A stretch of DNA of 64,000 bases, taken from positions 1 through 64,000 of the IMG/VR virus record IMGVR_UViG_3300013772_000003; one strand, written 5' to 3'. This DNA is from a virus. The translations under genes were made by a program, and so were the position numbers. A model generated the notes under the pieces. That model saw nothing but the letters and a program-made list of their open reading frames with translations, had not been told where the DNA came from and searched no databases. Of this stretch, positions 1 to 11,093 are shown piece by piece (the stretch's first letter is position 1; each line of letters begins with the position of its first letter).

Positions 1-1087
1 CAGGTGCAAATACTTTTCCTGTCCAATCCAATGCCCCTAATATTGGAGGCGTTTGCATTGTAGCATCATACGCAGGAAATCCTGAGAAGCCCCCTTTGAC
101 GTCCATAATCACCTGATTGTTCTCAGGAGATTTATTCACGTATTCGCGCAAATCGTTTAATAAAGAGTATTGTCTTTCTACAACTGCGTAAGCTTCTGCA
201 TAAGGAATGCTCCTTTGTTTCGCAAATGCCTCCACCTCGCTCTTCCATACCTCAAACTTCCCGTCCTTAATTTTAGGAGCTTTAGGATTATAGTACGCAG
301 GCTTCCCTGTCTCAGCGGTCGCTCGTTCCCCCTTCTCGTCAAAATAAATAACCTCTCCTAATGGAGAAGTAACCACAAGGTAAACCCCTGTACGAGGCTT
401 TCCTGCATTATCCGGTTTTAATAAAAAAGCTAAGTCATCAGGTTTTAAGTGTTTATTCTCTAAGCGAGTTGTACTCATCAAAGTGAGTTTCACTGCTCCG
501 ACACCTTCGATACGAGGAGTTTCTCCCTCTGGTGTATTCGCATACGCAGCAATGATTTTTTCCTTGATGTCGTTGTAGAACTTCTCCTTCTGCAAATACT
601 CCGCAGTCTGATTCTTTGGTTGTACATCACTTAAAAAAGACATAGGAATAATCAGTTCCGGTTCTTCTTCCGCAGGTTCCTCGTCTATGGTTTCTTCCTG
701 TACTACCGGGTCAAGAGATTCTTGTTGTATCTGTTCTTGCTTTTCTTTTAACTCCGCGATTTTATCTACGTCAGGAGAAACGAAATCTGTTACAAAATCT
801 ATGTTCTCAAAATTAGTTTCATGTCCGATAACTTCTGCAATAACAGGTGCAAGCATCTTCCTGATCGGTTGACGTAATCCCAGAGCAAGAGAAATGTGCT
901 GAGGCAATAAAGAAACATAAGATACACCCAGAGCTTTATCTCCGGTTTTACCTACAACCAAATTATACACAGAAGTAGAATATTCTTTAAAATCAAAAGG
1001 TTTATCTGTCGCTGAGTGGTCTAACAGATCTTTAAATACTTTAGCAAATAACTGCTCTTGTTGTTGTATCGTTAGTGTACAATTCAT
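1..1087 (-). CDS. N-terminal part of a large virion cargo/ejection protein (runs off the window; possibly part of the virion RNA polymerase module)
   Basis: Not in ORF track. ATG at 1087 (MNCTLTIQQQEQLFAKVFKDLL...), frame read open toward the window edge, 2 nt after the stop of the 1495-aa gene. Position matches the giant cargo/RNAP genes of crAss-like phages. Confidence 0.65.
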   Translation of the reverse strand, partial: MNCTLTIQQQEQLFAKVFKDLLDHSATDKPFDFKEYSTSVYNLVVGKTGDKALGVSYVSLLPQHISLALGLRQPIRKMLAPVIAEVIGHETNFENIDFVTDFVSPDVDKIAELKEKQEQIQQESLDPVVQEETIDEEPAEEEPELIIPMSFLSDVQPKNQTAEYLQKEKFYNDIKEKIIAAYANTPEGETPRIEGVGAVKLTLMSTTRLENKHLKPDDLAFLLKPDNAGKPRTGVYLVVTSPLGEVIYFDEKGERATAETGKPAYYNPKAPKIKDGKFEVWKSEVEAFAKQRSIPYAEAYAVVERQYSLLNDLREYVNKSPENNQVIMDVKGGFSGFPAYDATMQTPPILGALDWTGKVFAP

Positions 1088-1089
1088 AA

Positions 1090-4000
1090 TTATTTACAAC
1101 CTAAATTATTTAAAAAATCTTCTGTTACCTGTGCTGTTGTTTTCTTTTCCGCAGCATCTGCAACTTGTTTCAAGCGGTTAACATCCTGAGTAAAATCAGT
1201 AGTCTTTTCCTGATTTGTTTTAATCAATGTTTTTTCTGCCGGCGTTACTGTTGTTTTTGCTTGCTTCATGTGTGCTGTGTATTTAATATCATCCATCGTA
1301 ATATACCGATTATCTCCTTGTATTGGTAATCCGTTTACGTAGAAACCTTCTACATGAATTTTTCCGTTCTTGCTGCTCACACTCTTAATTTGTACATCCT
1401 GATACTTAGAATTTTTCAAAGTAACTACATCACCTTTTTTCAAAGTAGAAATATCAATCTTAGAAAACAACTCTATGTTTTTTGCTTCGATAGCTTCCGC
1501 AACATATTCATACCAACCGTCTACCGGAGGAATGGTTCCATCTACAAGCGCTTTTTCTACTTCCGCTTTCAACGCCTCTAATTCATCTTCCGTTTTAATA
1601 GCATCTAACTTACCTTGTAAATCAAACTTCTCGATAGCTGCTTCGTGTGCGGCTTCCTCTTTTTGTTTTACCTCTGCAAAACTTGGATTAACTTCTTGTC
1701 TTTGGAAATCTATAACCTCTCCGTTTTTAGAAGGCTCGTTCTTTACAAACAACATTCCAAGATTACCGTCATTCTTACTTCCGTTCTCTTTGTACGCTTT
1801 CAGGAGCTGTACAACGTTTGAGTGCGTCATAATACCTCCGCCGTCTGAAAGAGCGTTTGTTATCTCAGGAAGCGCTGTCAAGACGCGATCTTTAAATTCA
1901 TTGAATGACTCTACGGATTGTCTATCTGCGTAAATCTCTTTTAAAGGTTTACCTTCTGCATTAACATCTTCTCCTGCATAAACTTTTTCCTCTGGGTGAA
2001 GTGCGAACCAAGAATCAATTTTGTGCCAATCCTCGTCGGGTATTCCTGCAAAACCTGTCTTATCGTCACCGGTGTTCCAAGGATCTAATGCTGCGTTTTG
2101 TTCTACAACTACGTCCTTGCCTTTTTTAGCAACCACTTCTGCGGAGTCTATAGCACGCTGTCTTGTAGAAACAATTATCTTGGTTAAGGTCTCATCTACA
2201 TTTCCTTCTGCACCGTCTTCTACGTGTTTTTCTCCTTCAGGAGTAATATGTTCCTGTGTTGGACCAGAGTTAATTCCTTTTTCATCCTCTGCGGTTTCTC
2301 CGTGACGGAAGATTCTTATTTTACCGGTTGCGGTTTGGATGAAGGTTGGTTTGGTTGTTTCAACTGGTTCTTCTTTCGATTTTAAATCTTTAAGGTTAAA
2401 GTAGTCTGTAACAATATCAGCCGCTTTTTTGTAGTCAACACTATCTACCGGAATTGGAGTATGTGCCTGCGCAGCACTTACAAAATTATCAGGCAGTTTA
2501 TTCTCTTTAAAAATTTTATCCAATCCTTTATCATCTATCCAATAGCCTGCATCATGTAAATCATTTAATAAAGCATTTGCGTCTATATTATCACGGTATT
2601 TCTTATAAGCAGCTTCAAAGTTCTCCACACGTTTATCATGTGTTGCTTTGTTTACCTCAGCTAATATTGAAGCAAAGTCCATAAAATGATGCGGATCATT
2701 AAGCACGTTTACCGCCTTAGACAAATCCTTAGAATCTTGGTCAAGCGCATGAAAATCTTTTAAATTATCAAACGTACTTTTTATCTTTTCGTTAAACACA
2801 TGATCATCATTTTTCTTAGCGACCTTCTTAATATAACTTTGGTAAGAATTATAAAACTCCCTTTCTGCGGTATGTAAAAAATGTTCTTTTTCAAGTCCCT
2901 GTATTTCTCCCTTAGTTTCTAAGCGTTCTACACGATGTCTTTTATACTTCTTACCGTTACTAAGCAAAACGCTTCTACCTTGTACTGCTTTTACAAACCC
3001 ATGTTCACCACTAATAGTTTTAACTCTATCCCCAACTTGAATAGCCATGCTTTTCTTAAACTCCACAGATACTTCCGGCTTACGTCTCTCCTCAGAAACC
3101 AGAGATAATGCGTGCTTGTACATCAAAGTATTTTTCAGAATGTCTTCCGCGTTTTCAGCTTGCTCTTTAGTTTTTCTATACTCCGCTTGACTTCCCGGAA
3201 TACCTTTTAACGCCGCCGCTTGATCCTTTAGCATCTTGACATTCTGAGCAAGGTCTTGTACATTAAACAAAGAAGTATAATCCCCAGAAACCCCCTTTGA
3301 AAGAGGAGTGTTTGTACTCGCCTTGTCTGTTATAGCGCCCATCCTCTTGAGCGTCTGATTAAACGAGTGTGCAGAATATATAGCTACTTTCTGTGCGTCA
3401 TCAACTGCCTTCCAACGATGGGATTCTGTTATATATTTGTTCTGACGTTCTTGATACTGAACCTCTGTTTCTTTTTTTGTTTTTTCTCCTGCGTACTTAT
3501 TTGGATCAAATTCATTTTTAAATTGCTCCTTTATAACATCGTGCCTCTTTTGCAAGTAATCAAGATGCTCAACCGTTTCGTTGATTTTTCTCCTGATTGT
3601 TTTATCATCCGTCTGCTCTCCAAACGCGGCTTGCAAATCCTTTCCTTCCAACTTCGACATATCATTGAAGTAATCCTTCAACATCTCCGTCTTACCTGCT
3701 TTTGTTACATTGTATAGATGATTGAATAACGCTTCATCCTGAATATCCAAGAACTGTTTTTTGTCTCCACTCTCCTGCGCACCCTGCATATCCTTCTTAG
3801 CTTCGTACTGAGTCGCCATGTTCTCAGTAAAAGAATTATGTAATTGCTTCGGATCGTTCGCTAATTCGTTTATCGAATTCTCAACGGTAGCAGTAAATTC
3901 TTTTTTATATGCTTTTGCTTTTTCAAAACCAACTCTATCCTTTAAACGAGCAAGGCTCATTGAACCATATTTGTACAGGAGATGTTGTGGTGCTTGTATA

Positions 4001-5577
4001 AACCCCGCCATAAAGAATCCTGATGCAAAGTTTTCTAATCCCCGCCCAGAACCTTGATTTTTCAACCCTGCTCCCACTGAATTTAATAAACTAATTCCTT
4101 CACCATGTCCTCCATTAATTTCACTGTGATACAACTTCGTGTAATAATCAGAGGCAGCATCCTGAATAACAGCTTGTGTACTTTCCTGAATACCTTCTCC
4201 TAAATTGGTAGCCATGTATTTCAGCGTACCTTTTCCAATAGTTTTTGGATGAGCCAAAGTTTTTATTCCTCCGAGTATACTTTTTGAACGAAACTCAAAA
4301 GCAGACTTTAATCCTTTTGCTTTCCAAGACGCGTCTCCTGCTTCCATCACCCCCTCTATTCCCTTCATTGCTTCTGCGCGAGTGTTTGCAAGAGAACGAA
4401 ATCCTTTGAAGGAATTTTCAAACATCATCTTGTTTGTCAGGAATATTCCCAGTGTGTTTGCAAGGCTTGTGTTGAACCCTGCGGACTTCGCTTTATTATA
4501 AATATTTTCTGCAACATCCCCCGAAGGCATCTCTCCAAACTCCTTATAATGCTCTGCTACAAGTTTATCTTGCAAATCTCTTGAGGACTGAGAACCTTCA
4601 AGGGCAGACTCGGAACGAACTAAATTCATCCCTCGAGCGTCTTGATAGAACGAACCAAACGTTTTAAATGTCTTTCCCCACTCCCCTAATTTCTCAGCAT
4701 CTTTTAATTCTTTTACATAAGCTGCTGTGTGTTCAAGAGGATTTAATAATTTACCTATTGATTTTGCACCTGCACCAAACTTTGTATAAAAATCCTTAGC
4801 TGCTCTTACGTCCTTAATCGCATCCAATGCTTTATTAACACGTCCGATATTTCTTGCAGTATCCCATATTGTTTTAATACGCGCACCGGTACGTGCCATT
4901 ATTCCCAACTCTAACGGAGCAGCAGCACCTTCGGTAGCAACAGTTATCCCAGCCCCTATTATGTTCTCTGCTGCCATCTCTAACCCTATCCCGGCTGTGA
5001 ACATAGCATTAGACCCAAAGTTCAGTATAGTCGCTCCTACGCCTCCTCTGGAGATATTAGCGAGCTTCATATTCTCAGACATACTCTTGTCCACCCAATC
5101 TGAACTTGCAAAGGGAGAAACAAAAGCGCTTCCCAATAATTTCATTACAGGAACGAAGCCCCTGCGAGCATCGTCCATCAAAGTAGTGTTCTGATTATAG
5201 AACGCTTCGTTATCTCTATATGGATTAAATCCTAATTTAGAAAACTTTGGATCAGTATAATATCTTTCAAAGTGTTGATCGTTAGAACCCGCACCGTAAG
5301 CGTAACTCTTTCCCCAAAAAGACTTATCGTTAGCCCACGCACCGGCTTGTCCGATATAATCCCCCAACGCATTTGCGTGCGCCTCTGAATTATTTGTAGT
5401 AGGTTTCGGAGTTCCTGTTGTGTAATCTCCAACAAGCTGTTTGTTTATGCTTATTGATTTAGGTTGCGCTTGAAAAGGTACTGTAGTCTGAGGAGTACGC
5501 AGTTCGTTAGCAGCATCTAAAATACTTTTCTCTCCAAGAGGAACTATGGGATTTTGAATTTCTGTGTTTTCCTCCAT
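1090..5577 (-). CDS. Large virion cargo/ejection protein with internal histidine-phosphatase domain and two KOW/SH3-like segments
   Basis: 1495 aa with Gly/Ala-rich hydrophobic helices typical of ejected proteins. IFRHGET...STRQRAIDSA...ESFNEFKDRV...MTHSNV at about aa 1085-1265. IQVGDRVKT and LKKGDVVTL motifs. Confidence 0.7.
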   Translation of the reverse strand: MEENTEIQNPIVPLGEKSILDAANELRTPQTTVPFQAQPKSISINKQLVGDYTTGTPKPTTNNSEAHANALGDYIGQAGAWANDKSFWGKSYAYGAGSNDQHFERYYTDPKFSKLGFNPYRDNEAFYNQNTTLMDDARRGFVPVMKLLGSAFVSPFASSDWVDKSMSENMKLANISRGGVGATILNFGSNAMFTAGIGLEMAAENIIGAGITVATEGAAAPLELGIMARTGARIKTIWDTARNIGRVNKALDAIKDVRAAKDFYTKFGAGAKSIGKLLNPLEHTAAYVKELKDAEKLGEWGKTFKTFGSFYQDARGMNLVRSESALEGSQSSRDLQDKLVAEHYKEFGEMPSGDVAENIYNKAKSAGFNTSLANTLGIFLTNKMMFENSFKGFRSLANTRAEAMKGIEGVMEAGDASWKAKGLKSAFEFRSKSILGGIKTLAHPKTIGKGTLKYMATNLGEGIQESTQAVIQDAASDYYTKLYHSEINGGHGEGISLLNSVGAGLKNQGSGRGLENFASGFFMAGFIQAPQHLLYKYGSMSLARLKDRVGFEKAKAYKKEFTATVENSINELANDPKQLHNSFTENMATQYEAKKDMQGAQESGDKKQFLDIQDEALFNHLYNVTKAGKTEMLKDYFNDMSKLEGKDLQAAFGEQTDDKTIRRKINETVEHLDYLQKRHDVIKEQFKNEFDPNKYAGEKTKKETEVQYQERQNKYITESHRWKAVDDAQKVAIYSAHSFNQTLKRMGAITDKASTNTPLSKGVSGDYTSLFNVQDLAQNVKMLKDQAAALKGIPGSQAEYRKTKEQAENAEDILKNTLMYKHALSLVSEERRKPEVSVEFKKSMAIQVGDRVKTISGEHGFVKAVQGRSVLLSNGKKYKRHRVERLETKGEIQGLEKEHFLHTAEREFYNSYQSYIKKVAKKNDDHVFNEKIKSTFDNLKDFHALDQDSKDLSKAVNVLNDPHHFMDFASILAEVNKATHDKRVENFEAAYKKYRDNIDANALLNDLHDAGYWIDDKGLDKIFKENKLPDNFVSAAQAHTPIPVDSVDYKKAADIVTDYFNLKDLKSKEEPVETTKPTFIQTATGKIRIFRHGETAEDEKGINSGPTQEHITPEGEKHVEDGAEGNVDETLTKIIVSTRQRAIDSAEVVAKKGKDVVVEQNAALDPWNTGDDKTGFAGIPDEDWHKIDSWFALHPEEKVYAGEDVNAEGKPLKEIYADRQSVESFNEFKDRVLTALPEITNALSDGGGIMTHSNVVQLLKAYKENGSKNDGNLGMLFVKNEPSKNGEVIDFQRQEVNPSFAEVKQKEEAAHEAAIEKFDLQGKLDAIKTEDELEALKAEVEKALVDGTIPPVDGWYEYVAEAIEAKNIELFSKIDISTLKKGDVVTLKNSKYQDVQIKSVSSKNGKIHVEGFYVNGLPIQGDNRYITMDDIKYTAHMKQAKTTVTPAEKTLIKTNQEKTTDFTQDVNRLKQVADAAEKKTTAQVTEDFLNNLGCK

Positions 5578-8540
5578 TACTGTTGTTCTTGTACAATTCC
5601 TTGTGCAGCTAAACTTTGATTAAGCGCTTCCACTGCTTTAGCACCTTTTACAACTTTAGGATTCTTATTGTGAACGTCCGTCAAATACTGATTATTCTGG
5701 GCTTCTAATGCTGTAAATTGATCATCCAAATTCTGAAACAAAGTTTTAGAATTAATGTGTGGTTGAATATCAATATAACTATAAGCCTTTGTCTCCACCT
5801 TTCCGTTATCATTCACAAAAGGAATAGTCGCGTCTATGTGATACCCTTGCCCATCCTTACGAGCCCTTACTGCATACGAACCGTCGTGAGAAAACTTCCT
5901 AACCACTTCGTCCCCACCATTAAGGATTATATCCGTTTTAGATGGAGCAATATCATTTTTATAAACAGGATTTTCAGTTTGGTCTTTAGGAACAAAAAAC
6001 GTTATTGAATTGTTTTCAGGAGGATTTCCTCCGAGGATTCCGGGTTTTTTATCTGTACCGGTAAGCGACCTTTCGTGCATCCATGACTGAGGCAATGTAA
6101 CAGTATACTGAACTAAGTTAGGATTGTTTGCGGCTATTCCCACTACCTTAAAATCTGTAACAGGGTGGTTCTTTCCTTTTCCAAAATCTCCCGATTTAAT
6201 TGCATTGAAAAAAGTCTGCGCCACAAGGCGAGCATTAGCATCGTCCCCTATTCCAGCGTAATCTTTGTCTGTAATATTATCTCCACTTCCCCAAATAACT
6301 TTCTCTACTTTTCCCTCCTTCAAATCCTGTTCTACTCCTAAAATTCCCTGAGTTCCTGATTGGTTGGGATGACTTAAGTCCGCTACCTGTGTGATTGGTT
6401 TAGTAGTCAATCCCCCAGACCCTCTTGACACAGAAACATTTTGAGAGTAATGAGCTAATTTTCCATTATCATTCTTCTCATACTCTGCGTACTTGTCCGC
6501 AAGTTTTGTGTACGTATCCTTTGCATCCTCCGCAGAATTAGCATCAAGAGATTTCTGCTTTGCCCAAGCAATAGCCGCAGGTTTATTCATACCGGAAGAC
6601 AATGCAAATTGGGTGTTAGCTTCAATGCGCTTATTAACATAACTACGCACAAACTCATTTTCACTAACAAACCTGTTGTCCTTAAATGCTAAATCTTTAG
6701 TCGCTTTCAAATCGGTATCTAAAGAAGCATCCGTATCAAACATTCCCTTTACTACTTTATCATTCTTCTCCTGAATGGTTCGTATTGTATTGGAAGCATC
6801 TGCAGTTAATTTTAACTTCGCTTCTAACGCATTTATATTCGATACTAAATTTCTTTGTTCAACCCCAAGGACAACTCCATTCTGTTTAGTAGAAGTATAA
6901 TCATCGTACACCGCCTTTACGGTGTTAAATGTTTTGGTTAAGTCTTTTACCTGCTTTTGTGTAAACTCTTCCGAAGCAAATGTTTTATCTTTCTCCGAGT
7001 TCCAATCGCGCCCTACAATCTGTTTAAAAGCATTCTTTGCGTTTGTAACTTTGTCCGGATCTTTTGAATTTTTTATAGTACCTACAAAATTATCCAACAC
7101 AGAAGTAACGTAAGTCTGAGCGTCATTAATTGTTTCTCCACCAAGTTCGTGCAGTTTTGCTTCATTGTCTCCTTTTACTGAAAACTGATGAGTAGAAGAC
7201 CCTGCTCCCGGTGCTTGCGCCGTTTGATTCGGATCTACTGTAGGATTATCTCTTTTGTGTTTTGCAGTTTCAAAATCTTTTTTAAATTGTTGTTCGTCTT
7301 TGTGCTTCATCCAATCATATTGGTGCGCAGAATTTTGTAACGACAATGCGTAAGAATGTTGTACAGCAGCTAATCCGTAAGGATCATCCTTTTGTGTTGA
7401 CTCAGAATGAAGTTGAGTCCACGACTCAGCGCCCAAATCAACATGGTCATGTAAATAGTCCGCAGCAAGAAGTCCTTGTACTTTAGTTATCAAAGATTTT
7501 CTGTCTCCGTTTAAAGGCGCTTTTACTAAGTTTGTTCCTTGCTCTGTAACCTTGTGGGCTCCCTCAGCGTTTTGTTGATTTCTTTTTACCTCTGCCCATG
7601 AGGTCGCTAATCCGTCATCTGGATTTTCAGGATCTACGCCATGTGTCTTTGCTAAACTTTCTACAACCGCCGCCTTATTACTTACAGCAGCTACTTGTTG
7701 CTTTAGATGAGAATCTCGTTTTAATGCTTTATCGGATAGCTCCTTGTATTTAGTATTCAGATAATGTGATTCGGCAGCATCAGCACTTCCAAACTCAGGA
7801 GTGGTTGCTTCTATTGTAGATTTCATATCTACATACGCTTGTGTTTGAAACATCTTTTGCATTGCAGGATCATTTCCAAACTTTGCCAGCAGGAGATTAT
7901 GCAACGGACGCTCTATTAAGGCGCCGTTCTTATGGGTGTATATCCACTTGCCGTCGCTTTGTGTTGCTACCACATCTATTTTCTGCTCATTCGCAAACTT
8001 TGCTATTTTACTTTGCACATCAATATATGGAGTAAAATCAGGAGCCTGCATCTTAAGTCTGTCCTCTCTACTTGCGTTTTTAAAATCTTTCGCCCAATAC
8101 GTTTGTTCCGCCATCCCTACATCCCAATACTGTCCTCCGCACTTATCCGGATCAGTGCAATCCTTCAAACTCTCTCCTTTACCTATATTGTTCTGCCATT
8201 GCTTAGTTTTCACCATATCGTTGATGATGTCCTTATTGTCGTATAAAGGACGAAACGCACCCATAGCAGCGCTTACATTCTGTTCTTGCGATAAATCTAA
8301 TTTAGAAATCTTTTTTACTTCTCCCTCCATCGCTTTGAAAAACTTATCTCTCGCTGCAATGTTTTCTTCTGCTAACATAGGAGCATTCAACAATGTACTA
8401 TATGCCTGACTTATTTGACTATGCGCAGCATCATACTGTCCCTGACGTGCTTGTAAAATATTCGCGTGGTAGTTTAAATCGGGGCGAAATGGTTGAAGAG
8501 CCGGGATAAAGTCTTGGTTGCCGTTGAGATATGTTGCCAC
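5577..8540 (-). CDS. Virion cargo/ejection protein
   Basis: 987 aa, GTG start, helical. N-terminus (FIPALQPFRPDL...RQGQYD) and position in the cargo cluster resemble crAss-like internal proteins. Confidence 0.55.
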   Translation of the reverse strand: MATYLNGNQDFIPALQPFRPDLNYHANILQARQGQYDAAHSQISQAYSTLLNAPMLAEENIAARDKFFKAMEGEVKKISKLDLSQEQNVSAAMGAFRPLYDNKDIINDMVKTKQWQNNIGKGESLKDCTDPDKCGGQYWDVGMAEQTYWAKDFKNASREDRLKMQAPDFTPYIDVQSKIAKFANEQKIDVVATQSDGKWIYTHKNGALIERPLHNLLLAKFGNDPAMQKMFQTQAYVDMKSTIEATTPEFGSADAAESHYLNTKYKELSDKALKRDSHLKQQVAAVSNKAAVVESLAKTHGVDPENPDDGLATSWAEVKRNQQNAEGAHKVTEQGTNLVKAPLNGDRKSLITKVQGLLAADYLHDHVDLGAESWTQLHSESTQKDDPYGLAAVQHSYALSLQNSAHQYDWMKHKDEQQFKKDFETAKHKRDNPTVDPNQTAQAPGAGSSTHQFSVKGDNEAKLHELGGETINDAQTYVTSVLDNFVGTIKNSKDPDKVTNAKNAFKQIVGRDWNSEKDKTFASEEFTQKQVKDLTKTFNTVKAVYDDYTSTKQNGVVLGVEQRNLVSNINALEAKLKLTADASNTIRTIQEKNDKVVKGMFDTDASLDTDLKATKDLAFKDNRFVSENEFVRSYVNKRIEANTQFALSSGMNKPAAIAWAKQKSLDANSAEDAKDTYTKLADKYAEYEKNDNGKLAHYSQNVSVSRGSGGLTTKPITQVADLSHPNQSGTQGILGVEQDLKEGKVEKVIWGSGDNITDKDYAGIGDDANARLVAQTFFNAIKSGDFGKGKNHPVTDFKVVGIAANNPNLVQYTVTLPQSWMHERSLTGTDKKPGILGGNPPENNSITFFVPKDQTENPVYKNDIAPSKTDIILNGGDEVVRKFSHDGSYAVRARKDGQGYHIDATIPFVNDNGKVETKAYSYIDIQPHINSKTLFQNLDDQFTALEAQNNQYLTDVHNKNPKVVKGAKAVEALNQSLAAQGIVQEQQ

Positions 8541-8653
8541 TTATTTTACGTTTTAATTGTTACAAATATCGTCTACATTTTACATGTGTACAAAAAATAG
8601 TTTTCTCCGTGTTATTATGTGAAAAATAACATTTTAAATGTGCAGAAATAGTT

Positions 8654-10006
8654 TTATCCGCCGTAACTGCCGGAACTTGTTTCGGACTGTTGCTCTCTTA
8701 GCTTGTCTACCTTATCCCATGCCTCTTTCTTAGTGTACCCACGCTTATTAATCAGATGGTTCACCACATCGTCTTCACTGCTGCCGTTTGCTCCTAAAGT
8801 TTGAGATAACTTTCTCAAACCATTTTGGTAATTCTCCTCTGCAAAATCTTTTCCGGGTTTGCTAAAAGAATGAGTACCCCCGGACAAAGGATTGACTTGA
8901 TACTGCCTTTGGATACCGTTTAACGCCTGAGCATTCGCCCTATTGGTTATCGCATCTATAAAACTACCACGTATCTGTGCCCGAGCTTGCGCTTTAGAAT
9001 TATCAAAGTTTTGATTCGCTATTACGTTCTTATCATACAGATTGGTCGCATTTGTTGCGTTATACTGCCCCGCCTCATTCAGAGCCCCAGTACGTTGCTG
9101 CTCGTTCAGATTAGAAGCGCTTACGTTCATGTTGTTGTATTTTCCAAGAATGTTTCCAGCCTGTCCAGCCGCTTGTCCTTGAATCGCGGACAGTCGTGCC
9201 GACAACTCCTGCGGACTGCCAAACATTCCTGCAGCCTGCGCTGCGATATTTGCTTGTTCTGAGTTCTGAGCAAGCTCCCTCGTAGGATCGTAAAAGGTTG
9301 CTTGAGGTAAATGCGGGCTGTACGGTGCCTGCCACGGAAGGTACTTATTGATACGATACCTATCCCCAACCGCGCCGGCAGTTTTGATAATGTCCTGTAA
9401 CCAAAAGTCAGCAGGAACTTGTTTATTGTTTCCTTTCACTACTGCGGTATCTACCACAGGAGGGGCTTTATCTTCGGTTCCTGCAACTTTAGTTTTATCT
9501 TCAACAGCCGGTGCCCCGTCTTTAGTCCATCCCGGAGCGAGCAGCGTATGATCACCAAACTTTCCGTTTTTACTTGTTCCCTCTACGTAATTTCCTTTTT
9601 TATCCGTTTGATTAAAATATCCCGGATGTTCTTTGTCGTACTGATCCTGAAACCACTGAACATCCTCAGCTTTGTGAGGGTTCCAATCAGGCTTCTGGTT
9701 AAACACCCAAGGATGCCTTGCTTTAAAATCAGCTTGTTCTGTAGCATCCCACTTTGCATTGCCGTACAAATTTCCTCCTGCTTCGGGTTGATTAGAAGCT
9801 CTTTTTGTCCTATCTATCCCAGAGGGAATAGGTTTATACCCCCTCTTCTCCTCTGATGCCACATGTGCTGCAACTTCAGGACTGTATGTGTTCACCTCCG
9901 ACCTCTTTCCTTGTGGAGTTGTTTTACTTGTGGCTGTCTTTGTCGCAGAAGTTTTATTCTTTCCAAGTAATTCCGCTAATCTTTCTGCTGGAGTTTTGTC
10001 TGCCAT
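8654..10006 (-). CDS. Virion cargo protein (Q/N/A-rich)
   Basis: 450 aa with Q/N/A-rich coiled C-terminal half typical of internal virion proteins; ends SYGG. Confidence 0.55.
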   Translation of the reverse strand: MADKTPAERLAELLGKNKTSATKTATSKTTPQGKRSEVNTYSPEVAAHVASEEKRGYKPIPSGIDRTKRASNQPEAGGNLYGNAKWDATEQADFKARHPWVFNQKPDWNPHKAEDVQWFQDQYDKEHPGYFNQTDKKGNYVEGTSKNGKFGDHTLLAPGWTKDGAPAVEDKTKVAGTEDKAPPVVDTAVVKGNNKQVPADFWLQDIIKTAGAVGDRYRINKYLPWQAPYSPHLPQATFYDPTRELAQNSEQANIAAQAAGMFGSPQELSARLSAIQGQAAGQAGNILGKYNNMNVSASNLNEQQRTGALNEAGQYNATNATNLYDKNVIANQNFDNSKAQARAQIRGSFIDAITNRANAQALNGIQRQYQVNPLSGGTHSFSKPGKDFAEENYQNGLRKLSQTLGANGSSEDDVVNHLINKRGYTKKEAWDKVDKLREQQSETSSGSYGG

Positions 10007-10008
10007 GA

Positions 10009-11085
10009 TTAATATATTTTACCGTTAGCTTTAAAGTGGTATCCTTCCTTCACCAATGTTGCAACATGTTCCGCATCGACCGTACCAAGGTCGTCTAAAG
10101 CAGAGTTTTTTACTTTAGGTGAAGCCGTCTGCGTGATGAATTGTTTTGCCTTTGCGGATTCGTTCTCCACATAAGGCTCGTTCTTTACAAATTGTAATGG
10201 TGTGTTTTCTGCGGCTAACCTTTTTCTCCACTCCGCTTTATTCATCGCAGATCGTGTTTCTGGAGTTGCCTCCTTAAACCCGTGATAACCTTGCGCCTGC
10301 TGCATCTCCCACGCCGCGTCTGGCTCATACCCCGATGTTGTTGTATATTGTAAGGGATCAACCACATTCAAACCAAGTTGAGCCTTCATCTGTCCCGGCG
10401 CAACAACACGTACCCTACGTAAAGTTTCTTCCCCACCTTTCTTAAAGAAATTAAACTTAGGTTGTCCTCCAAACCTTGCTTGTTCTTCATCCGGTTCTTC
10501 TTGGTCGCCCGCGTCCTGATCCTGTGCTCCAAATATTTCAGCAGGATTCATTCCGCTACTATGCAGATAAGGCTGTGCAATCATAGGAATTCCGTTGGGA
10601 AAACCTTTATGACTTTCCTGAATCAAACTGAGTTTTGCTAACTTCTCATTGTAATTCGCAATCATACTTTCTGCAGTATCCCGTTGTAGTTTATCTGTGT
10701 TTTTATCTGCAAGCACTTTTCTGTAGTTGTTGATGTCGTACTTCTTTGCGATTTCAGCAGGAGTGTATCCCGACTTACTTGCTGCCATATTAAATTGGGA
10801 GAGTATCGTCGGATCTGTAATGCGCATTGATTTATCCCGAGAGAATATAAAAGAATTTGGTGCAAGGTTTAATTTTGTACCGCCGGCGTAATGACGTTTT
10901 CCGGCAACCGTAAATGCCGCAGGTAATCCTGAGTCATCACTTGTTACTACTACCTCGCCGTTTTCTGCCTCCAAATTCGATTCGTCATCTGGAACTGGTT
11001 GTAGTGTCTTCTTCACCTCCGTAGGTTGCTTACCCAACTTTGTAGCCGAGTAAAACTTGAATGGGGTCATATTTCTTGCGTTCAT
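10009..11085 (-). CDS. Virion cargo protein
   Basis: 358 aa; EAENGEVV...GKRHYAGGT...FIFS N-terminal domain resembles crAss-like cargo proteins; RFGG and KKGG motifs. Confidence 0.6.
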   Translation of the reverse strand: MNARNMTPFKFYSATKLGKQPTEVKKTLQPVPDDESNLEAENGEVVVTSDDSGLPAAFTVAGKRHYAGGTKLNLAPNSFIFSRDKSMRITDPTILSQFNMAASKSGYTPAEIAKKYDINNYRKVLADKNTDKLQRDTAESMIANYNEKLAKLSLIQESHKGFPNGIPMIAQPYLHSSGMNPAEIFGAQDQDAGDQEEPDEEQARFGGQPKFNFFKKGGEETLRRVRVVAPGQMKAQLGLNVVDPLQYTTTSGYEPDAAWEMQQAQGYHGFKEATPETRSAMNKAEWRKRLAAENTPLQFVKNEPYVENESAKAKQFITQTASPKVKNSALDDLGTVDAEHVATLVKEGYHFKANGKIY

Positions 11086-11093
11086 CTATTTTA

